20,000 nucleotides of DNA, taken from the NCBI GenBank assembly GCA_013265495.1, contig MU061538.1, forward strand, positions 1,547,488 through 1,567,487. Direction: 5' to 3'. Position numbers and translations under genes: made by a program. The DNA comes from Vicugna vicugna. Taxonomy: Eukaryota. The notes under the pieces are model-generated. The model saw only the letters and a program-made list of their open reading frames with translations. It ran no database searches and was not told where the DNA came from. This document shows positions 8,591 to 17,820 of the stretch, in pieces (within the stretch, counting starts at the first letter, position 1; the number at the start of each line of letters is the position of its first letter).

Positions 8591-11500
8591 CGAGGTCCCT
8601 TGGATCTGTTCCTTGAAAGCTAAAGAACCCTAAAGCAGCTGCTCTGCAGGGAGCCCCCAACCAGCTAGAAGTGGGGGCCAACTGAATTCAAGGATTTGTT
8701 CCCATTTTGGATAAAATTCTTTGCAAAATTCTGAGTCCCCCCTCCTTTTTTTGTTTTTCAGAAGAACCTAGTGGCCAAAATTGAATACCTTAGGCTGAAC
8801 GGTTTTGAAACATTAGTATTTGATCAACTTTGACCACAACAAATGGCAATTTATCATGAGCACCTAGCAGTGTCTCTAAGACAGGATCAAAGACCCTTGG
8901 ATCACGATCTGTAATTTCAACTGTCATTATTAAATGTTAGGGAGTGGGAACGTCATATGAAGACCTGGGAGGTCTGCCGTTTCCCCAAGACCAGGAGGGC
9001 CGCGCTGAGTGACAGGTGCCGCTGTTGGCAGGCCTGGGGGTGGGGGGAGCACGAGCAAATAAGGGGTGAGGCTAGAAACAGTGGTAGAATCATTTCCTTT
9101 GGACAAATACTTTGTCCCTTCAGAGCCGGGAGGATAATTCGGGATTTTGGTAAGGTGCAGTCCCACTGTGTGGGAACACTGGCCATCCTTGCCCTGGGCA
9201 AGGTCATTCCAGAAAAGGGAGTCTCCCCAGCAGTGCTGAACCCCAGCAAAGGCAGGGAGACACCCCTCCACGGGCCCAGGCAGCCCTCACTTCCCCTCAC
9301 TTCCTCTTCCTTTCTCTTCCTTCTTTTGGGAAGCCTGGTGGGAAGTCTGTGAAGGGAGGTGTGTGGTTACCGGCCTGACAATCAATGACCATGAAGTGGA
9401 AACATGGCCCCGAGGGTGGAGGCTAGACCAGCCCTCGGCACGTTGAGACCTTGTGTTGGCCCTGTGCTCTTGAGCCAGTCAGTCCCCAGAGCTACGAAAC
9501 CCTGAAGCTCAACTCTGAACATCATCCAGTTCTCAAGTTTTCTATGTGTGTATTCAGTCTGTATCTGTACCATGCTTAGAATCAGACCCGAGGACGAGAA
9601 GAGTCTCGTCATGAAGGGTTACACCTGAGTGCCATGAGAACTCTCGCCCAGTGGGCCTACGAAGCAACATCTTATAAAATTTTAATTTTTGATTAGGAAG
9701 CGTGTGGCCAGGATGGGTGAGTTAATGGAATTCACTTTTCAGGAGGCGATGGCCACGGGAGGGGGCCTTCGTTTTCCTCGGTATTCCACAAACTCCCCCA
9801 AGTCGAGAAAGTTATTATTTTGATCTACTTTTTAAAAAAAGCCTCAGTTTTTACATCACGTTATTTCGGGTCTGCAGTTTATTCTAATTTTCTTTCAGTG
9901 TTTCAGTCATCCACTTATAAAACAAGGTATGCCCGGGACATAAAGAGATCCAGTGTTTATACAAAACGTGCGTCGCCGGTGATCAATGCACCCTCTGGAA
10001 GGCTGTTACAGTTTTAACAGAACTTTTGTTTTAGTTGAGTCTCTAAGCTGATTAGTGAGGATGTGGGGTTTTAATTGGGGGCCTCGTTTTCTTTCGGTCT
10101 TTGGAAGACATCACTCTCTTTTTTTCAGCCCACATGGCTAATCAGGAAAATCTTCCCAGGAAGAGTTTTGTTCTTCCTTCATTCACAGCGAGACTTCCCC
10201 GGCTCTGGTCAAGGCGGGTCAGCGCTCCGTACAAAACATATCTTAATGATGTCAAAATAATGTGTACATTTCTCACCTTTGGACCCGAGAAAACGGAAGA
10301 GTACCTTTTTTTTTTAATAGCCAATCTTTCCAAAGTATTCAGCCCTAACTTCATTATAAGCTGGACTCATACAAATCCTCACAAGTGTGGGTGCCTTTGG
10401 CAGACCCTCCTGCCCGGGCCTCCGAGTGGCGGTGCGAACCAGGCTCTTTGCCGCAGCAAGAATGCATTTATGATCATGCATTGCTTAAGTCTGTTTTTAT
10501 TTCTCACTTTATGGAAAATGCAGCGGTAATCCCTTTAGAATTCCCCTCAGCTTAAACCTCAGAGCCCGTTCACGGCCACCTCTTAATGTCTCAAGAGTCC
10601 TTCAAGCTGCATAAGTCCCATATTCAGCAGGTAAAGCCCACTTTGTTCTATAGACGTGGCTGGAAATAATGTGAAATTAAAGATTTAATCTTCTGGGGGC
10701 AACTCAGCCTTTCCTTCGTCATCACAAAGAAACTAAAAAGTCTAGCACGTTTTCAGCCAGTAGAAAAGCCCTTGATTGGCAGGGCCTGCTGCATTGATCC
10801 CCAAAACTATGTTGCTAAAAATTTTTATTAGTACAATTAAGCAAAGAGGCTGCTGCCCGGTCCTAAATGTTGGGGCAGATTTCATTTCATGATGAAATTT
10901 GCTTCTATTATTAACCTAATTGACAGAGTTTTTGTGCTGGGGGAGGGGGAGGAATTGAGATTTGGTGACAAATTAAGTACTTTTTTTTGCTCACAAGAAA
11001 ACCCCAGCTCCACCAGCACAAATGAGAAGTGGCCATCAGAGCCACACTGATAGGAGAAGGAGTTCGATGAGCGGAGATTACGTGGTGCTGAACGCGCCCT
11101 TTGTGAATTCCTTCACTGGGCGTCACCGGACTTTTTAAGTGAACGTTCACTGTCTAGTCTATAATTTGGATTAATTTTCCATATGGAGGCTTTTTTGGAC
11201 ATGTGATAGAAAACATCAAGGGATGTCTGCGCCTTCATTTCTGGAACCCTGTCCCACAACCTCACTGTTTGGTGTTTTATCCAAACATCCTGACAGCAAG
11301 TCCAGGATGGGATGGGGTTGCTCGACACCTTGGTTCCTGTACGTGTCCTGCCCACCTCTCCTTCTTGCAGGGAGCCGGTCTGCCTCTGCACTGTCCTTTT
11401 GGGTCCTTGAGAATAAAGCTTTCTCTTTCTTTGTACAGAAAAATCAGAGAGCCATGGGGAGCCTGAAGTATAGACAGGGGCTAAGGTGGAGGACTTTTCA

Positions 11501-11688
11501 GGGACAGAGACCCTCTGAGGTCCACTGGGCAGGCAGCCAGGCTGAGATGTGTGAACACCCAGCACTGGCCCAGCTGGGCCAGGATTCAGTCCATCAGACC
11601 CAGAAACCCTCCACCACCTGGCAGGTCACATACCCGGGGGGCTTGAAGAATGTGAATTCATGGAAAATCTGAAATGATTGAACAGTTT

Positions 11689-12222
11689 GCTAATGATAAA
11701 AAATGCAGAGAAATGCAAATCAAAACTACAACAAGGGATCACCTCACACCAGTCAGAATGGCCATCATTCAAAAGTCCACAAATGATAAATGCTGGAGAG
11801 GCTGTGGAGAAAAGGGAGCCGAGCCCTCTACACTGCTGGGGGGAATGCAGTTTGGTGCAGCCACTGTGGAAAACAGTGTGGAGGTTCCTTAAAAGACAAA
11901 AAATAGACTTGCCATATGATCCAGCAATCCCACTGCTGGGCATGTATCTGGAGAAAACTCTAATTTGAAAAAAGGTACATGCACCCCAATGTTCAGAGCA
12001 GCACTATTTACAATAGTCAAGACATGGAAACAACCTAAATCTCCATTGACAGATGACTGGATAAAGACAATGTGGTATATTTACACAATAGAATACTATT
12101 CAGTCATGAAAAAGAACGAAATAATGCCATTTGCAGTAACATGGCTAAATCTAGAGATTATCATACTAAGTGAAGTGAGTCAAACAGAGAAAGATAAATA
12201 TCACATGGTATCATTTATATGT
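11689..12222 (+). mobile_element. LINE-1 ORF2 C-terminal fragment (CCHC region), frameshifted, no 3' UTR
   Basis: [31 protein letters not shown] / [33 protein letters not shown] / [21 protein letters not shown]...LSEVSQTEKDKYHM is spread over three ORFs. A small GAGCC duplication at ~11816-11825 shifts the frame. Confidence 0.96.
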
Positions 12223-12237
12223 AGTGTGAGCAGCTCT

Positions 12238-12543
12238 GTGCTCTGTCCCCCAGCTTCTGGAGGGCCTGGGGGACCCCCCCATGTTCCTCGGATTACTGCC
12301 CCATCACTCCAGTCTCTGCCTCTTTCATCACTTGGCCATCTTCCATCTGTGGGTCTGGGTCTCTCCTCGTCTTATAAGGACACCAGTCAGACTGGACTGA
12401 GGGCCCGCCTGACTCCAGTATAACCCGTTGTGATTTACAGCTTAGTTACACCTACAAAACCCTATTTCCAAATAAAGCCACAAGCTCAGGTGCCGGGGTG
12501 AGGACAGGGCCCTGTCTCTTTGGGGACACCACGCCACCATGCA
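12238..12543 (-). mobile_element. MLT1C-like MaLR LTR, partial
   Basis: CCAGCTTCTGG...CATCACTCCAGTCTCTGCCTC...CTTATAAGGACACCAGTC...CCCTATTTCCAAATAAAGCCAC...TTTGGGGACAC are characteristic antisense MLT1B/C segments. Confidence 0.85.
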
Positions 12544-13611
12544 AGGTGGCCTCAGGGCGGTGGGGTGCACACAAGGCTGCCGCCCCCAGGAGGGGAGCGT
12601 GGTCGGTGCAGGAAAGCAGCAGCTGCTCGGAGGCCGGGAGAGGGTCCGGCCCCAGTCTCCACGGGCACCCGCAGCGCAGAGGCGTTGGAGGCACAAGTAC
12701 CAGGAGGTCTCAGCCACGCCCTCTGAGGGCTCCGGGGTCTGTGGACACTCTCCACCTCTCTGTGTCCAGCTGCTTCAGTCTGAGCATCTTAGGGACCAAA
12801 AGGCGATGGGACCCAGCGTGTTTTCACTTTCAAAATATGTTGAAATTGTGCTGACACAACCTCAGAATTCACCGCGCCACTAGCTTGCAAGGTGCCAGGG
12901 GAGCGAGCACAGCAGACCGGGCCTTTCCGCCTGAAGCTTGCACAACGCACAGGGCAGAGCCCCGCATCGCGACCGCTTCTGCAGCAGACACTACCCGGCG
13001 GTCCGCTGGGGACCCCAGGTCATCCCCACGTTAGCAGCGTGTCAGTCAAAAGCGTTACAGAGTCAACTAACAAGAAATCCATGGTAGAGTGCTAATAGAC
13101 CAGAAAAAGATGCCAAAATATGTAATCCAGATCGTAAGTACTCCAACCGGCCAGCAGTGGCTGCACCCGTGCATGAAGGTGGCCACTGTCCACGGAGCAC
13201 ACGCCGTGTCTGTCACTGCTGGTGCATGTGGGACTCTCCCCGCACCTCATCCTGCTGGGAGACGGGGAAGCGTCTCGGAAATAGTCACAAACGGTCCCGT
13301 GGGTCTGTGACAGAACGACTACAAAACAGCTGTTGAAAAAGGCAACACTGGCTCAGCCAGCTGCAGCGTCTCATTTATGGCGCGCCATCGGAAAAGGAGG
13401 CTGCCACTGTAAGTGGATTGTCCGGGCAGCCTCGCGCGCGCCTGAGTGGCTCCCTCAGTGGCTCCTGCGAGCTGCGCTCCGACTCGGCGTCTGAGTCTTG
13501 GCTCTCCTTTTCTCCCCAGAAGATTTCTTACCAGTACAGAGTAGTAGCACATAAGGCTGAGATTTCTCGTCACATGGCTGAATGAACGTTACCCCCGAGG
13601 GAACCTGGTGT

Positions 13612-13825
13612 CTCTCTCAGAGAACTAAGGAGCGGGGAGCCCCCTCAGCTTGGCCAAGAGCCGCCACAGACGCCTCCCAGCTTGTGGTTAACGGCGAAGG
13701 AGCGAGCACTTTCTCTCGAGATCTGACAGAGCGAGCGTGCCCACCCTCACCAGTGTCACCTGACACCGGGCTAGCAGTTCCAGCCGCTGCAGTGAGGCAA
13801 GAAAAGGCACCAAAGGGCACACGGT
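13612..13825 (+). mobile_element. Old L1 (L1MC1-like) ORF2 RT-region fragment, segment 1
   Basis: CTCTCAGAGAACTAAGG...TAACGGCGAAGG...TGCCCACCCTCACCA...GAGGCAAGAAAA aligns to recalled L1 ORF2 (GGATGCCCACTCTCACCA...CAGGCAAGAAAA). Homology resumes at 14432. Confidence 0.7.
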
Positions 13826-14431
13826 GTTTGTGCGCCCGTGTTCATCGCGTTGTTGCGCACAGTAGCTACAATATGGAGGCAACGCACGTGTCCACTGATG
13901 GATGATTAAATGGTAGAAGGCGGTATATGTGTACAACGGAATAGTATTCAGCCTTAGAAAGGAGGGAAATTCTGACACCTGCTGCAACATGGATTAACCT
14001 TGAGGACATTATACTGATTGAAATGAGTCAGTCACCAAAGGACAACTACTGTATGTTTCTACTTGTATGAAGTAGGTATTTAGAGCAGTCAAAATCATAG
14101 TGACAGAAAGAATTGTGGTTGCCAGGGGCTGGGGAGGGGATTCGGGGCTTATTTTGTAATGGGTATCGAGTTTCAGTTTTACAGGATTAAAAGTTACGAA
14201 GATGGGAGGATGGGTGTAGCTCAGTGGTAGAGCACATGCTTCACATGCACGAGGTCCTATATTCAATCCCCAGTGCCTCCATTAAAAATACTTTTTATTA
14301 AAAAAAAGTTATGAAGATGAACAGTGGTGCTGGTTGCACATTATGAATGTATTTAATATCACTGAACTTAAAAATGGTGAAGATGGTAAATTTTATGTTA
14401 TGACATTTTACTTCCAATTACAAAATATTTT
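13826..14431 (+). mobile_element. L1MB-type 3' end nested in the older L1 and itself interrupted by a SINE
   Basis: TATTCAGCCTTAGAAAGGAGGGAAATTCTGACACCTGCTGCAACATGGATTAACCTTGAGGACATTAT...GTGGTTGCCAGGGGCTGGGG...CTTAAAAATGGTGAAGATGGTAAATTTTATGTTATG. Candidate TSDs 13812-13825 and 14432-14445 match at 11/14. Confidence 0.88.
14205..14303 (+). mobile_element. tRNA-Ala-derived SINE (camelid Vic-1-like)
   Basis: tRNA-like body GGGTGTAGCTCAGTGGTAGAGCACATGCTT...CCCCAGTGCCTCCA with an A-box (14217-14227), a mutated B-box (ATTCAATCC, 14261-14269) and an A-rich tail. The 16-bp TSD AAAAGTTA(C/T)GAAGATG lies at 14189-14204 and 14304-14319, at a TT|AAAA site. Confidence 0.92.
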
Positions 14432-15395
14432 AAAAGGCATACAGTTTGGAAAGGAAGAAATAAAGAGTGTCCCTATTTAGAGATGAGATGATTATACACA
14501 CAGGAAATCCAAGGAGTCTAGTGAGTGTGCTCAGCAAGGTCAGAGGACACAGATAAACGTTCAGGCACAACTGTGTTTCTACAGGCTAGAACTGAACACG
14601 CGGGTACTAATATTACAAACGCAATGCCACTTACAGTCGCTTAAAGCATGAGCTGCTTAGGAGTCAGTCTAACAGCACTCACACAGGACCGGCTGCTCAG
14701 AGGCGCTCGTGGATTGAAGACCCCGCGTAGGGAAGATGTCAGCTCTTCCCCAGTTAGGCGAGGTTCTGAACAGTCGCTATCCACATCCCAGCAAGGCTTT
14801 TTGCAGGTGAAGCAGGGTCACTCTGACACGTACGTAGACACGCAGAGGAACTAGAATAGCGAGGGATGTTTTGAGAAAGAAGACTCAAGGGGAAAGAACC
14901 AATCTACTGATTTTGAGACATACTATTTCGCTGTAACACAAGCTGTGAAAGACGGTGGGCACTGGTGTAGGGACAGGCACACAGATGAGGGGACAGAAGA
15001 GAGAGACCAGGACAGCCACATAACCACGCCCAGCTGATTTCTGACAAAGGTGCAAATGCAACTGAGTGGAGGAAGGACGGCTTTTTCTACAGACGGTGCT
15101 GGGTGTCTATGGGCAACAGAAGTGAGCATCAGCCTGTGCTCCTGCTGTGCACTAAAGTGGATCGTGGACTTGACTGTAAGCTGTAGACCTATAAAACTTC
15201 AGGGGAAAGATAGAGGAGACCTTCAGGATCGAGGCCAGGGCCAGGTACTCCCAGACTCAACACCGCAGGTGTCATTCAGAAAACAGAACGTGACACGCTG
15301 GGCTTCTGTAAATGAGGACGTTTGCCCAGGGAGACTCCGCCAAGAGCTGTGGAAAAGGAGGAGCTCCTTGCAAACCAGCACTCTGATGACGGCCT
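14432..15395 (+). mobile_element. Old L1 (L1MC1-like) ORF2, segment 2
   Basis: AAAAGGCATACAGTTTGGAAAGGAAGAAATAAA..., GAAGATGTCAGCTCTTCCCCA, CTGATTTCTGACAAAGGTGCAAA and AAAGTGGATCGTGGACTT...CTATAAAACTTC are colinear with L1 ORF2 but heavily diverged. Confidence 0.85.
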
Positions 15396-15399
15396 CCGG

Positions 15400-15640
15400 T
15401 GGGGCGCACGGCGTGGCGACTGTGGCGCCCAGTCCCGGCCTGTGCATTTGCAACGCGCTGAAACAGCAGATCTTAAAAGTTCTCATCACGGGAAGAGAAA
15501 CTTTGCAGCTATGTAAGGTGACAGCGCTCAGCTAGACTTTCTGAGATGCTCATTCTACAGTACATGTAAATATGGAATCATTATGCTGTAGGCCTGGGAC
15601 TAATACACCATTAAATGTCTATTCTATCTCAGTTTTTTAA
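15400..15640 (+). mobile_element. L1MA-type (L1MA9-like/laurasiatherian) 3' UTR nested in the old L1
   Basis: GATCTTAAAAGTTCTCATCAC...CTATGTAAGGTGAC...GAATCATTATGCTGTA...CTAATAC matches a younger L1 3' terminus, and host ORF2 homology resumes after it. Confidence 0.75.
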
Positions 15641-15644
15641 ATGC

Positions 15645-16457
15645 GAAAAGAATATATGAAAGACTGTCAAAATCCACCCAAGAAAGAAAGGCCCTAAACT
15701 AAACTGAGCGAAAAACAAACAACCCAGTAAAGACACACTTCACTGAAGAGGACAGAGAGTCGCCAAACAGGCCTGGGAGAAGATGTTCACTGTCAGTGGC
15801 CCCTGGGAAAATACAAACGACGGCCACAGCGAGGCCCCGCCACACGGCTACTGGAATGGCTGAGACAGAAGCGGTGACAACGCCGAGTGGGGCTCGCGCG
15901 CGCAGCGCCTGGCGACACTGCACGGAAGCCTGTGCGCAGGGGTTTGCAGCCGCTTTGTTTGTAATAACCCCAAACTGGACACAACCCTGTGCCCTCCGGC
16001 CGGTGACTGGTCAAACAAATCGTGGTCCGTCCACACTGTGGAAGCTTCTCAGTAACAAGAGGAACTACCGATACCTACAAACCTGAGTGGGAGAACTATG
16101 CGAAGTAAACAAAGTCAACCCCCCAAGGTAGTAAATACCATATGATCTTGTATGTATAACCTTCTTGAAGTGATAAAACTACAGAAATGGAGAATGGAGT
16201 GGCCGTGGCCAGGGACTGAGGAGAAGGTGGGGTGGGAGGGAAGCGGACTTGGCTGTGAAGGGCAAGCCAGGGACCCTGCTGAGATGGAGACGTTCTGAAC
16301 TTGAGCGTCTGGAAGCTGACAGCCTGGCTGTGACATCGTGCCTTAATTGTGCAGGATGGTAACTGGGGGGAAACTGGGTGCAGGGCATGGGGGAATCTCT
16401 GTCTTATTTCTGCACGTGAATCTACAGTGACGTCAAACAAGTTTGATTAAAACAAAG
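15645..16457 (+). mobile_element. Old L1MC1-like ORF2 end and 3' UTR, segment 3
   Basis: GACACACTTCACTGAAGAGG...AGATGTTCA..., then CTTGAAGTGATAAAACTACAGAAATGGAGAA, GGGGGAAACTGGGTGCAGGG and TGTCTTATTTCTGCACGTGAATCTACA, which resemble the L1MC1 3' end. Confidence 0.85.
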
Positions 16458-16879
16458 AGTCTGTAGCACAGCGATGGGACAAAGGTTCAAAGCTCCTGAG
16501 GTGCCGAAGTTGGCAGGGGTGGCCGCACCCGGGCTCCGGGGGTAACGGTAAGTTCCCCAGCGGGCTGTCCGGGACTGAGGGCTCAGCTCTGCTGAGCCTG
16601 CGCTGGGCTTGGTTCGTGGGCAGCCGGAGAGCTGGAAATGGGGAAAAAAAACTTTTTTTAATTTTGAATATGATTTTACTGAAGCCTAACTCATTTCAAA
16701 GCGAAAGTAGTTTATGGTGTCAGCTCTAACACAGAATACGTTCAAGTCATTATATGAAGTTAAGTTTTTGTTTTGCTTCCGGCTGCTTCTCCAAGCTCCA
16801 CTGTGGGGAGAGGGGCCCTCACTACAAAACCCTCCCAGACCCTGCTGAGAAGTAAAGGCCCAGACGCTACGTTTGGCGT

Positions 16880-17820
16880 GGTGCTCACGTGAAAGAGATT
16901 CTCTGCAGAAACGCAGGTGAGACGAGATTCCTGCTTTGCTCACCGCTTGGTGGCTGTGACAGTGACCTTCTGGATTCCCACTGAGGAAACTGCCCAGCTC
17001 AGGAGAAATTATAAAAAGGCAACAGCAGCCCTTTCGGACAACACCATCTAAATGACCTAGTGACCCCTCCCCGGCTGGGGAGGCGGGGTGAGAGGAGGGC
17101 TGTCTTGCTAGGATTAGCGTCACCAACAAACAGCGTCCTGTTAAACGGCGACGTCGTTGCCTGGCGACACGTGCTGCCTGTGTCATCTCTGCCCTCGCTG
17201 TCTGGGCCCTGCTGGGGGCTGACTTTTCAGGATGGCAAATCCTAGCCAGTAGGGCTGTTTGGATTCAGACTGTTTTAAATACCAGGCCGCGTTTTCCTAA
17301 ACACGTAGGCACTGAATCAAGAAATCTTCAGACCCCATGTCAGCACGCTGACGGGCACAGAGCCCCAGGGTACTTCGGAGAGTCCTCGGAGACCACCCAG
17401 CGGGGGCGGGGCAGAGCGCTGGGGAGGGCCTCTCTGTGCCCCCCCCCCCGATAGGATCAGACCTGAACACGCTCTGCTCCCACGTGACCCCGTCTCGCTG
17501 TGGGAAGTTCCTGCCTTCCAGCGAGCCTTTGGTTGCCATGGTGTCAGACGCCGGCAGAGGAGTGGGCGGGGCCGGCGCAGCCGGGGTGGGGGCTGCCTGC
17601 GCGCACGTAAAAAGCCTGGAAACAAGCAGGCTGCAGCCGGCCAGCGCCCCGAGGAGGAGACGCTCGGAGCCCCGGAGGGGGCCACGCGCCCCGGGGAAGG
17701 CTGGGGCGCCCAGACACCCGTCTGGAATCGTTCCTGCAGCCCGTCTCCAAGGAGCCTGGCCCTCGCCTGCTGCCGCAGGATAAGCTGAGGGCAGAGCCGC
17801 GGAGAAAAGCAAAACCACGG
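16880..17820. promoter_or_regulatory. Promoter/enhancer-like CpG-rich region with RFX X-boxes, E-boxes and GC boxes
   Basis: X-box-like GTTGCCTGGCGAC (17156-17168) and GTTGCCATGGTGTC (17532-17545); CACGTG at 16886, 17168 and 17481; GGGCGGGG at ~17404 and ~17564; TGCGCGCA at 17598-17605. Confidence 0.5.

Noticed and set aside
11674..12423. Functional L1 ORF2 or chimeric protein gene
   Set aside because: Frameshift and stop codon, no EN/RT domains and no promoter; the read-through into the LTR is incidental.
14205..14281. Functional tRNA gene
   Set aside because: The B-box/T-arm is damaged, and the A-tail, TSD and position inside an L1 indicate a retroposed SINE.
16466..16553. Coding exon ending at the ACG|GTAAGT donor
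   Set aside because: The ATG-initiated frame hits TAA just before the donor and the upstream acceptor is weak; at most a non-coding exon.
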